Position numbers and translations under genes: made by a program. A model generated the notes under the pieces. That model did no database searches and was not told where the DNA came from. It saw only the letters and a program-made list of their open reading frames with translations. A DNA stretch of 64,000 bases from the NCBI GenBank assembly GCA_946965045.2, contig OX337234.1:1736001-1800000 (forward strand), read 5' to 3'. Positions 36,197-46,785 of the stretch are shown here, piece after piece (position 1 is the first letter of the stretch; every line of letters begins with the position of its first letter). The DNA comes from Epithemia pelagica. Its lineage: Eukaryota > Protista > Bacillariophyta.

Positions 36197-39100
36197 TCAA
36201 CGCTTGTGTTCACTGGTTGCAAGCACTCCGCTTCTCATAACCAATTGAACTTTTCGAAACGACAGGTGGCCAAAGCGATTGTGCCAACGTACCAATTCCT
36301 GTTGCGCTTCGCTTAAATTCATGTTGTGCTGTGATGTTTCTGAAATGATGGAGCTGAGAGCGTGTGCGCTTTTCTTTACTTCTTTGTGGTCGTACCCATA
36401 CGACATGGGCAGGTTGTTGGTCGGATTGATGAGAATTGTGATTTGCGTTCGTTTCTTGTCACCGGGCATTCCTGTAAGCACCATTGTCTTTCCATCTTGG
36501 ATGATTTTCTCACCGTCGTATGTTTGGAGCAGACTTTGTGTTGACAGGAGCCTTGCATTGGTCTTTGGCACAAGAAAGGCAGGGAGTTTGAGCTGTCGAA
36601 GCTTCCCTTCGGTGTCGAGTATGGACCATAAGACAAAACCTCGGCCTGTTGCCTTCATCCTGTTGGCGATTCCTTTTACATTGAAGTTTGGCAAGGGCTG
36701 GATCGTTCCGATGAAGTCTTGGGTCTGGTTTGTGATCGAGATGCTGGCTCCGCTGTCCCAGATAATTGGATAGGATGCATTGGGTGGCATGGCGCTTCGT
36801 AAAGCGAGAGGATCCTGAAGGCAAGCTTGGAGTCCAGCTTGTGTAATCTGTTCCCATTGGTGGTGTGGTGTGCTCCCCAAGGTCCTGAAGACATCGCAGA
36901 GTGTGGGTCCCTCAAGGCACGCTGCAAGAGCGAACATTTCTCGTTCACTCGCAGATTGTGTGTTCCTGAAGATGTCGACAGGGTTTGTCGACGGGTGGTT
37001 ATTAAAGTTCCTATTCCGATGATGGTTCATCGGGTTTGATGGATGGTTGGCGCGATGGGGGTTCTGATAGCGGTCCATGGGTGTGGTACAGTATGCTTCT
37101 TGTGGGTTGCGTCGTTTCTTGGAATGGATTCGTTGTTGACGAAGTCGTTGTTGCAAGGATTGACGGTTAACCCGTGTCAGTCGAGTCCTCATTCGTGCTC
37201 GCTTGGTGACTGGAGCAGGGTGAAGTGGTCGGAAGACGGATTTGCGTTTGGGACCGGCTCGTCGAGGGGACAAAGGTTGGTGTTCTGCCTCTTTTGAGCG
37301 ATTTGCTCTGCCAGAAAGCAACAATTTACCAACAGACACAACAATCAAACGGAGGCAATCGGAAAGAACACGGCCATTAAGGATGGATCCAACAATCTTG
37401 CACCAAAAGGTGTGGAAGAGAAGCATGTTCCCAAGCAAAGGTGACTGGGGTTGGCGACGTGGGTGGAGATTGACTCGGAAATGGTTCACAGCGGTTGGGC
37501 GCTGTGGCTGGGGTGAGAATAAAGAACGGATAGGGGCAGTATGTGCCACGCTAGGCGATTCCCAGGGTGCAACCATGAAGGCAGCCAACCAACAGCACAA
37601 CCAAGTGAAGAAGGCAGGTTGGCACGAGGGGTGAATAAGAACACTCCAAACAAGAGCAGACCCGCCGTAGGTCAGATCTCGAATTCCCAAGTACAAATGG
37701 GTCATTCCCGACCAAATAGACTTAAAACCTGAAATAGTTGCATTGTTTGCATGTTCCAGAGGGTGAGCAACAGGTAGAATCCAAAGGATACTGGATAGGA
37801 CCACAAGAAGGGTCGTGAAGCTAGCCGCAAACATGTGCCAAGGGAAAGGGGGAATTGTGGTTGTCTCACCCTGCGTTTGTCCCGACCCGACAGGCGCAGT
37901 GTGGTTGCTTACACGTGTCGGGCCACGCGTATCTCCTGGCATGGTGTCTGAGAAAGTACTATAAGGTGCATAGTTCATTTCGAACTGATCAAAATCGGGA
38001 AAGTCTTCACTAGGACTGTCACGAGGCGTCTGTGATTGTGATGGATAGACTGTACTGCTAGATCCATCGGAACGGACACGATCAGTGCAGACTGGCGTCG
38101 GGATGTCAGGAGTAAGGTCGCCGGCCGCTAAATCCCAAGCAAATTCGTGAATGAGAGTCAAAGGCAGACTCCGATTGGAATAGGGTGATCCTTCAACTTG
38201 TTCACGTTCATGAGTGTAGGTCCATAGTTCTTTAACAAGCTCGCCTTGGTTGTGAAGCTTGATTTCCAGCTCTCCACGTGTAGCTGGATCAGACTCACGG
38301 TTAAATGCAAGACGTGTTGTCACTAATTCCTCAGTCGCGTTAGTTAAGAGGACGTCCATCTTGTCTGGATCTTGGTCAAACTCGTGCTTTGCCAGCACAT
38401 TATGGATCACAGTAATACTGTGGGGGACACACGTGAGGTATTGGATGATACTGTCACAAAGAGAGATAAAAGGGGACTCGTTATTCTCGTCGATCTCATC
38501 TTCACTTTCCAAATTTTCGTTTGCATCAGTCATCTCTTCGTTGTCTGAGCTCGAATCCGAGTCAGCAATCTCAATGAGTGCCATCTTGGCATAGTATTGC
38601 GCGAAAGGATTGATACGTGGGTAAGTGGCATCTGTTTCGTTTGTTGTGTGAGAAGCATCAGTGGGGACGTATTGTTCTCCAAGATTGCTTGTGTCGACGA
38701 ACGACGTGGAGGAGAAAGATTGTTCTCCATCAGCTGTGTCGGCCATGTCTTCTGCTTGCTTTTCCAAAGTCTCACATGCCTTGCTTCTCGAGCTGAGATT
38801 TACAGAGGGCGGATTTGAGATATTGACTGGTGACGGCGTGGTGTTGCTTTGATTGAGAAAGGCAACAAATTGTGCATGGTATCCTCGTTCAATTGGTCGA
38901 TGTTCCATGATGCGAGCGCGAAGAAGGCAAGGTGGCGGATCGGATTGAATCTCAAGGCCAGGCCAGGCAGGAGCTGGATTTGGGTGGTGTGGGATCCTCG
39001 TACCATCCAAATACCATCCAAGGTACCATTCTTCGTTCTTTACTCTTTGGTAAGCCTGTGCGATGGTAAGTTCCGGCTCTTGGTGTTGCAGAGCGTAAAC

Positions 39101-41773
39101 GGTGTACTGCGCTCTCTCATTACGCATTCCATCTCGTCTTGCTTTTGCTGCTTCTTCCTCCATGGAGATCCGTGGATCTGTTGCAGGAGGACGCAGTCCT
39201 GGTTGAAAGCTTCTTGCCCATTCTTCCAAAGTTCTCACAGAAGGACGAGGTTGGAGATTGAGTCGAGGAGGTGAGGTGTGGTCCATTTGGATAGGTGAGA
39301 TGTCGGGTTGCATTGCCGCAGGTTTCCTATCTTTTTCCTCATCACTTGCAATCTCTCCTCTCTGTAAGTTCTTGAGAGGGGTCATTGAGATATTGTCATC
39401 GCTCAAGACCGAGCTGTCCTGTGTTGTATCGAGGATCGAGCTCATTGTTGTGTTGTGGGAACGCATATGTGTGTCGTCACTGCCAAGGTTGAGTTTAGAG
39501 CTGTCAAAGCTCCCTTCGTGTGCAGCTGTGTTTGCTTCAACAGTCTGGATGGCCATGCTTAGATCCGTGTCCATATTTTGGTTCTTGCTGGATATGTCAT
39601 ACCAGGAGTTGATGTCCTCCCATTCGTCGAAATACAGTGTATTTGCTTCTGCGTGTGTCTCACTATCACACCTCTTTTCACAGCAATGGCGACTTACAAT
39701 AGGTGGTAGAGAAGAGAAGGACTCCTCAGATGCAACAATTGACGCTCCAGACCCAACAATCAGCCCCAGAGGAGTTCCTCCCTCTGTTTTTGGTTCTTCG
39801 GTGATGTGGTCCACACAACAATTTGTCTCTTCTTGGTTCTGTGGAGGATCCTCGTTTGCATGGGAGGACCATTCCAGAGAGGATGTGTCTGCCGAATGGT
39901 GATCAAAGTTTGGATTGTTGACTGGGTTCTGAATCATATTGGAAGAATTGGAGGTTCCGTGTACTTCCGTGAAGTCGCATTGCATAACAAAGGCGCACAA
40001 GTCAAAATCGTGTGTATTGGTATATCCTTTGTCGTCTTCTTCAAGAGACATGCAATCTGGAAGATCTTTCCAGTCGTTTTTGTCCTTGGTATTGCAGTCT
40101 TGGTCATCACAAAGTACACAACAATCAAACTCCGTTTTCCAAGCGGACACATCAAATTCGAGCTTGTGGGCTCGGGATTCCTTGGTGCCGTGCTTGTTTT
40201 TCTTGTACCCAACAATATGCTTGGCGGTCCCATGGGTGTCATTCCACCGTTTGCAGATGGCACACCAATAGTACATAACCCCGTCTACGATCATGGATTC
40301 AGGTTCATGAGAGGCCGGAGGCACAAGCCTCCACGGATGCGCCTTTGAACGGTCAACTCGAGTCAGATTCTTTTTGTGTTGGGGTTTCTTCTTTCCCCCC
40401 TTGTCGCGGTGACCGGTCGAAGGAGTGCGGGGTCCAGTGGATGGAGAAGGGGTGGGGTTGTGGCCAGGAGGGTGTTTCAGCGAATTGATGAGGGCATTCA
40501 AGTTTGCCTGTGTCATTGCACCCTTATGACCACCACTGCGATTCCGTCGAGGGGACGGAGTAGTTTTTGCGAGTGCTTTGTTTGCTCCAAACAAGGTAGG
40601 TGGCGCTTTGGAGTCAGTGGCATGCTGCTTGGGGCGCCACTCGCCATCCTTGACACTAACCAAATATTTTGTGTTTGCTGTTTCAATGATATCGGTGTAC
40701 CACAGCTTTTCTTTTCGCATTTTCAGATCAGCAGTGGTGCGATCCTGGAAGCGAACTTCAATGATGGTGTCGTTTAGATTCTTTGCCAAGTACATGAGCT
40801 CAAACTTGGGAGTGTCTGGCCATTCGGCACGTAGTATATTGGTCATCAAGCTAGCGGTCAGGGTGTGATCGTACAACCCAGCGGCAATCAGCGGTCGCGC
40901 CTTTTGCGAGAAGTCTTTGGTGAGTGCCATTATGTCTTGGCCCGGATATTTTTGAGGGAGTAATCCTCTCATATCTTTCTTCACCTGTTCCCAGTGTTGC
41001 GGTGAGTCATGTGTCACTATTTTCACAAGCACCATGAAAAGGTCGGGGAACGATTTAACGTCTCGTGCTTGATCCTGCACTTCCCTTTTGAATCCCTTTT
41101 CCAGGCAGTCGAACAGGAAATCTCGAGCGCTCACATCATTGTTGCGATCATATTTATTGTAATGAGTCATCTGCACGTCCATCAGCTCCTTGACCTTGCT
41201 GGGAGTGTATTTGGGATGTTCAGTCACAATGAACAGCATTTCAGTGGAATCAAGGGGATTATGTAAGTACGCGATTGAGTCCATGCCATGCATGACAAGG
41301 TGTTGCTCAATATCGTCCTTCAATCGACTAAAGTCTCCTTTCTTTTTGTCAAACTTGTCTTCAGGTCCTGTCACTCGGTCCTTGAACCGCTTATCGTTGA
41401 AGGTACGTACTTGAAGTGCACGCAAGTATTCTTGTCTTGCGGTTGGGTCTAACCCAGTCCAATCTGCGTTGGGTTTCTTGCCAGTCCAGATGACAAACTC
41501 ATCTCGTTTGCTCTGGAAGATGCCGCCGATCTTAGGTTTGGTCGGCTTTAACACAGTGGGTGGAGCGTCCTCCTCCTCGGTCATGCTTGTTTTTCTTGAC
41601 TCACCAATCAACCCGTCGGAGTTTTGCAATCTACCGGTTTGTTGGTCGTTGTTGGTGTCCTCCTCGTTGTTTTCAATCCGTGCCCCTGGCGTACCTCCTG
41701 TATCAGTGACAGTGGTTTCTTGCTGGGGTCGTTCGTCGGAATCAAGAGAGGATAGTAAGTCAAAACTTCCCAC
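36197..41773 (-). CDS. Copia Gag-protease polyprotein (1858 aa open frame) with very long central spacer
   Basis: Gag (HGMDSIAY, LLPQKYPGQDI), Zn knuckle WCAICKRWNDTHGTAKH (~40215-40270), protease IIWDSGASISIT (~36735-36770), pre-integrase LVRWHNRFGHLSF. First in-frame ATG is at ~41584. Confidence 0.92.
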   Translation of the reverse strand: MGSFDLLSSLDSDERPQQETTVTDTGGTPGARIENNEEDTNNDQQTGRLQNSDGLIGESRKTSMTEEEDAPPTVLKPTKPKIGGIFQSKRDEFVIWTGKKPNADWTGLDPTARQEYLRALQVRTFNDKRFKDRVTGPEDKFDKKKGDFSRLKDDIEQHLVMHGMDSIAYLHNPLDSTEMLFIVTEHPKYTPSKVKELMDVQMTHYNKYDRNNDVSARDFLFDCLEKGFKREVQDQARDVKSFPDLFMVLVKIVTHDSPQHWEQVKKDMRGLLPQKYPGQDIMALTKDFSQKARPLIAAGLYDHTLTASLMTNILRAEWPDTPKFELMYLAKNLNDTIIEVRFQDRTTADLKMRKEKLWYTDIIETANTKYLVSVKDGEWRPKQHATDSKAPPTLFGANKALAKTTPSPRRNRSGGHKGAMTQANLNALINSLKHPPGHNPTPSPSTGPRTPSTGHRDKGGKKKPQHKKNLTRVDRSKAHPWRLVPPASHEPESMIVDGVMYYWCAICKRWNDTHGTAKHIVGYKKNKHGTKESRAHKLEFDVSAWKTEFDCCVLCDDQDCNTKDKNDWKDLPDCMSLEEDDKGYTNTHDFDLCAFVMQCDFTEVHGTSNSSNMIQNPVNNPNFDHHSADTSSLEWSSHANEDPPQNQEETNCCVDHITEEPKTEGGTPLGLIVGSGASIVASEESFSSLPPIVSRHCCEKRCDSETHAEANTLYFDEWEDINSWYDISSKNQNMDTDLSMAIQTVEANTAAHEGSFDSSKLNLGSDDTHMRSHNTTMSSILDTTQDSSVLSDDNISMTPLKNLQRGEIASDEEKDRKPAAMQPDISPIQMDHTSPPRLNLQPRPSVRTLEEWARSFQPGLRPPATDPRISMEEEAAKARRDGMRNERAQYTVYALQHQEPELTIAQAYQRVKNEEWYLGWYLDGTRIPHHPNPAPAWPGLEIQSDPPPCLLRARIMEHRPIERGYHAQFVAFLNQSNTTPSPVNISNPPSVNLSSRSKACETLEKQAEDMADTADGEQSFSSTSFVDTSNLGEQYVPTDASHTTNETDATYPRINPFAQYYAKMALIEIADSDSSSDNEEMTDANENLESEDEIDENNESPFISLCDSIIQYLTCVPHSITVIHNVLAKHEFDQDPDKMDVLLTNATEELVTTRLAFNRESDPATRGELEIKLHNQGELVKELWTYTHEREQVEGSPYSNRSLPLTLIHEFAWDLAAGDLTPDIPTPVCTDRVRSDGSSSTVYPSQSQTPRDSPSEDFPDFDQFEMNYAPYSTFSDTMPGDTRGPTRVSNHTAPVGSGQTQGETTTIPPFPWHMFAASFTTLLVVLSSILWILPVAHPLEHANNATISGFKSIWSGMTHLYLGIRDLTYGGSALVWSVLIHPSCQPAFFTWLCCWLAAFMVAPWESPSVAHTAPIRSLFSPQPQRPTAVNHFRVNLHPRRQPQSPLLGNMLLFHTFWCKIVGSILNGRVLSDCLRLIVVSVGKLLLSGRANRSKEAEHQPLSPRRAGPKRKSVFRPLHPAPVTKRARMRTRLTRVNRQSLQQRLRQQRIHSKKRRNPQEAYCTTPMDRYQNPHRANHPSNPMNHHRNRNFNNHPSTNPVDIFRNTQSASEREMFALAACLEGPTLCDVFRTLGSTPHHQWEQITQAGLQACLQDPLALRSAMPPNASYPIIWDSGASISITNQTQDFIGTIQPLPNFNVKGIANRMKATGRGFVLWSILDTEGKLRQLKLPAFLVPKTNARLLSTQSLLQTYDGEKIIQDGKTMVLTGMPGDKKRTQITILINPTNNLPMSYGYDHKEVKKSAHALSSIISETSQHNMNLSEAQQELVRWHNRFGHLSFRKVQLVMRSGVLATSEHKR

Positions 41774-41963
41774 TCCACTGGAGGAGGTTGGGGAGTCTTG
41801 GTCGTCAGCCGTATTGGAGCTGGAGTCAGGGAGAAGCTAGATAGCTTCAGCGCGCAAAGCGGTCGGGTAGACGCAATAATCCACCAGAGCTAGCAGAAGG
41901 GACAAGCTCGATGTCTTGTCCTTGGGATCGATCAACAGATAAAAGCGTAGGGTTCGTCAGCCT

Positions 41964-41982
41964 CTGCTTGGGCTCGATAAAC
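41964..41982 (-). other. Putative primer-binding site
   Basis: GTTTATCGAGCCCAAGCAG directly follows the 5' LTR; it resembles the internal tRNA-iMet PBS type GGTTATG(G/A)GCCCA. Confidence 0.5.
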
Positions 41983-42702
41983 AGTTAAGGGTGGGTAGAA
42001 AGCTAACTCTAGACGATAGGGTTAGATACAAAAGTTTCTCTAGGTCAACCTATATGCACAATAGACGATGGGGCCCTCACCTTCTATCAGCGTAATAGGT
42101 CGACTTCTCCGTTACAAAACAAGTTTGGTTATCAAACTGGATGTTTATAAAGAAGTGAGATTAAACTAAAGATTGTGTTTTTCATCTTGAGATGGTTTGG
42201 CTCCTCTCGGGTCGTTCGGTCATCATCCCCCAAAATCTAGTCGTACATGAGCAACATATTCCTTACTTCAGTGGACAAGTACTACGGAGCTACGATTAGT
42301 AGGGACTAATAGAACTTGTTCTACTTCATAGAGGAATGTGTTCCATCTTGGGTTGGATCTCCTGTTGATGAAGATCAAGTTCTATTCTCGACGATCACGT
42401 TCTTTTCTCGATCTTCGATTTATGTAGCCTTTACTTCCGAGTGTAGCTCGTCCAGCGTACATCTCTTCCGAATAGTAGAGGGCATAGTCATTCTTATTCA
42501 CAAATTCCTGTTGCGGGTCCATCTGTCCGTTCAACGGCCTACTTCTATTTAAGTACACGGAATGAATCTTAGATACACGTCAAGGGTTTTGTGTCACATA
42601 CAGCGGTTTGTAACAGATGTCTCAAACATGGACGATAAGCTAGGTGTGCTAGCTGGACTAGTTGATCGGATACAGACGTTGTAGAATAGCTATGTCTTAA
42701 CT
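41983..42702 (-). mobile_element. 5' LTR (720 bp)
   Basis: Near-identical to 22625-23343; termini AGTTAAG...CTTAACT. Confidence 0.95.
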
Positions 42703-45279
42703 TATAGCGTTCTTGAAGATCTCCTTTTTCTCATCCTCCTTATCCTTCAAAAGTCGAGACGAATGCTGGAAAAAGGCTGCAGAAATATGATCGGAGATAG
42801 CTTCTGGGGAAATGCCACCAAACAATGGAGGGGGATTACCAGTGGGAGGCACTGCTTGAATCGGATTTGGAGTCGGTGGGAGCACTTGGGGACTGTGCAC
42901 ATCAGAACGAACTGGAGAGTTCTGATCCGTATACGACAGCCATAGTACCATATTCACAAAGATTGGTGTTCTTCGCTAACTTGAACCTGAAGTAGGAGGT
43001 TCTGTGTGTTGCAAAACCCTTTTTCTTAAGAGCTTGCTGATCCCCCAAAACTCACCTGTGATTCTTCCATATATTGAGAGAGTCTATTTTGGAATGTGTC
43101 TATTTTGGAATGTGTGTATTCACTTGTAAGTAATCCGAAGGGCTCAATGTACGTCGTAACTCTTTCTGGTGTGCCAAAAACTGCTTCAAGCATCATTTGC
43201 AAAATCTCTGGCTGCTCATCTTTCAAAGATGCCGTGAACGGATTGAAATTCCCTCCCACTGCCACTGATTCGCCTTCGTCCCAACTTCAAAGCAAGACGC
43301 CGTGAACTTTGAGTTTTGACTCCTTTGTTGTGCTGAACCAGGGCCGGGAGAAGTGGAATTCATCTTCCTGCATGTTGAAACCCACTCAGTAAAGCAGAGA
43401 AATCTTTGTCCATAGACCCACCTGCTTTTGCTCCTGTAATTCGCAACCCTTCAGCACAGTCTGCTTTAAATCATCCTTTGCAACAACATCGTCCTCCTTC
43501 GAGACAAGACCCATCACCCACGCACCTACCACCTCGAGGTGGCATCCCACCCCGCGGCGACCATGATCCGATGCCTCCCCTTCCCCGCAACTCCAAACCC
43601 TCATCAATCCCCGCTTGCTCCCCCTCCAGATCTTTGTCACCAACATCCGCGCCCGGCTCCAAATCCGTCGCCGCATCAACTCTCGCACCCCAGTTATCCG
43701 GTTGCCTACTCCAATGCCTCCCCTGTCATACCTCCTCCAGTTCGAGCTAACTTGCAACCCGTTAGCCACCCAGCGGCAAGCCTGGGACAATCCCCTCGTG
43801 GATACCCCAAGCTTCCTCTGGTGTCTACCTATTGACAATCCCACCTGGTTCACCAGCACCAGGCTCAAGTATGTTCACTCCTCGTTAGTTGTTGGATTGG
43901 AGGTGCACTCGCAATCCACAAGCAGTGTTCTGCGTCGGCGTGGCCTCTTCGTCAGGAGATTGCACAGGCATAGGTTCACCAGCATTTGCTGGCTGTCATT
44001 AACGAAGTACGATGGTTGGATAGTATTCTCGTTCAACATCTTGTGGCACTTTGGGGCACTGCAGATAAAGGTCAACTCTGTCCCAACTCTCGTGTACACA
44101 AACATTGTCATAAGATGTTGGTTCCCTCCACCTTCGGACCATGACACCCTTTCATTCTGAGGTCCCAGAAATTTCTATTCCATGGTATAGAATGATGCAC
44201 GTGGAGAGGTCTTCATCTTGAACTTAGCCTGTTCCATATTCACCATCTCCAGTGGACTCACCTGGAAACTTAATTCATCAAAAGTTACAATGTTAGAACC
44301 TTCCTTCATCGACGCTAAGAGCCCTGCTACAAAATCATTTTTGGTTTGTGGCAAACGATACTCCCATTGTATTATTCTTGAACAACGCCGTCCTACCGCC
44401 TCGGTATGGCAAGAAGTGAACCAAAGTATTGTCAGACACTGCACAATCAACCTACATTCCCACCATCCTTTTTCAAGGTCAGGCCTACCATCAACTCACT
44501 GGCTGGGTTCTCAAGAAACCCGACCTGAAAAGTGTAACAGGTGTCCAATTATACAGTTCCATCATTGAGGCAATGAAGGAAAAAGAAAAACGTGGTATAG
44601 AGTTTAAATTCCCTGTCTTCTCATCAGGTGATTGCCGCTTTACAAGCCCTCCAAGTGATTGCATTGGAGAATCGCTTAGTTTGAGGTATCGCTTAGTTTG
44701 AGGTGTTCAACTACCCTCAAGGCATCCTTGTACAAGCCGATTACCATCCGGATCGAAGCTGGAACTGTATATTCAAACGATTAAAAGCGGATGGTGGTGA
44801 TTGTGTTACTCTTCTACATCGGCTCGTCCAGGAAACTCCTGGGGACCGCTACTTGCAAATGGATTGAAGAACATATGGGAATGGTTACGAGTGAAACTTT
44901 TCCATGCAAAAACAATCGAGGAACATAAGGCAGTTGTGGCCCTGTTGAATGAGGCTCTTTCCCAAAAAGATGCACCGCTTGCTCCAATAATTGGGCCCAA
45001 GCTTGTTCAACCATTCTGCGACCATCTGGATGAACAGTTGTGGGAGATGATGGAGGATTGCTTTGGTCGATTCAACAATATCTTTGAGAAGTTCCTTTCA
45101 GAACTTGAAATGAGGCAACTGCCAGATGACTTTGAGAAGTGCCTCCTCCAACAGTTTGACACTCTCATGGTGTTGAGTGGCTACACAAGGAAATTACAGG
45201 TTGCTCCACGGAAAGATCGTGTCGTCCGTGCCCTTTGTACTCCCAGGAGCTCCTCCACACTCCAAGGCACCTCATGGCC

Positions 45280-45735
45280 CTGATACTACACATTCGGAAT
45301 GCGTACCCCGTGTTGCCCAATGCCGGCAATGACATGCAGTTCCATTTGGACAAGCCCACTTCTCAAGTCCTGGAAGGCTTGGTGCTCACGTATGGCAACA
45401 GGTACGAAGTCTCCAGGATGATCTATGAGGGACTCACCACCCAACATAGAAAAGTTCATGGAGTGTTTGTCCGTGTGGAAAGGACTTCGCACCATCAACG
45501 GGGTGGATGAATCTCGTCCCTTGTATCCAGAGCTACAGGGGGAGTTTATCACCACATGCTGGCCACCAAGTGAGGACTCAATATGTGATTTGCTCAAGAG
45601 AGCTTCGGTTTCAAAGAGATGTTCGCGCATGATCACACCATGGAACCCATCAAGAAGTATAAAAAGTCTCTTGGTGTCCATGCTGTTTGGGACGCTGCCA
45701 TAGAAAAAGGAGAAATTGCAACAGCTGTCTTAGTA
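45280..45735 (+). pseudogene. Degraded homolog of the 28445 transposase
   Basis: HIRNAYPV...FHLDKPTSQVLEGLVLTYGN, YPELQGEFITTCWPPSEDS and FAHDHTME...VHAVWDAAIEKG align with HIRKAYPV...FHIDKGLSQILEELMLTYGN, YPLLFGEFITTYPPSEET and FAQDHTME...AHAVWDAATETG. Confidence 0.9.
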
Positions 45736-46622
45736 AGGAACAGGATAAGATTGGGTAACTGCTTCATGCAAGACATCCAACAGTGTACAGTTCTGGTTAT
45801 TGATGGAACTGACCATAGAATCTACTATGAGCCTAGGACATTAGGTTTTAACCAATGATGGTTGGAATGACCATAAAATATGTTGTGAAATAAGTTCAGA
45901 CCTCACTTTTCTGTGTCATGTATTTAACATAACCCACCTGGTAATAAGGCCTTGAACTTATAGCCATCACTTAAGAAGTTTGCCTTGTGTCCAAAATCAT
46001 GACTCATTGGGTGGAGATTGACATGGATATGATGAACAAATTGTTAGATCTATTGTGAGATGAGATGTTCTTAGGTATGTGATACAGTCAGTACATAGAT
46101 CCTCTACCTACCTCTATCCTTTTGTGACATAAGTTTTTCATCTGGCTCATGATTTAGACCCAAAATTTTCTGCAGCATAATTTGGTGGTGTAGTAAGTTG
46201 CCAGGGCAACACAGCAGTGTTTGATTGCATGTGCAGGTACATCATCAAAATGTAGGATGACTGCCATGATGCTGTAACATCAAACCACAGGATAGCAGGT
46301 ACCCATGGCATAAAAGCTCTTATATGGACCCTATCCAAGCAACGAGGCATGGTTCCCGTCACGTACATCGCCACCTCCTCCAAACGCCTCTTTGAACTCA
46401 TCCTTCGCCCATACAATGCGCTCCAACAAGCCACAGCAAACAATGACCTGCGTTGGAGGGACAACATCATCCAGATGATTCCCTTCCCAAAAACCCAACA
46501 GCAACACACCATCACACTCAAGGCCCTGCACGAATTGGACCAGCACTTTGCCTCCAGCGTCCGAATCCGTCTCTTTCCCCTGAACGACCTCGCCGACGGG
46601 GAAGGATGGGAACAGTTGATGA

Positions 46623-46785
46623 CAATCAAAAACTACCAAGCTGCATTTCTGGAATTCTGTCACCACGAGAATTGATTGGCCATCTGAGCGGCATGCTCCT
46701 CTACAATCAAAAACTACCAAGCTGCGTTTCTGGAATTCTGTCACCACGAGAATTGATCGGCTATCTGAGCAGCATGCTCCTCTAC
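46623..46785. repeat. Two-copy tandem duplication, 81-bp unit
   Basis: caatcaaaaactaccaagctgc...gcatgctcctcta at 46623 and 46704. Confidence 0.9.

Larger units (their letters stand above)
22625..42702 (-). mobile_element. Complete Ty1/copia LTR retrotransposon with nested ~10-kb insertion
   Basis: LTRs at both ends, TSD TATAG at 22620-22624 and 42703-42707, gag-PR-IN-RT-RH order on the minus strand. Confidence 0.95.

Noticed and set aside
36279-41840. Numerous plus-strand ORFs over the gag-pol, and over the other long ORFs
   Set aside because: Antisense shadows of the long coding frames.
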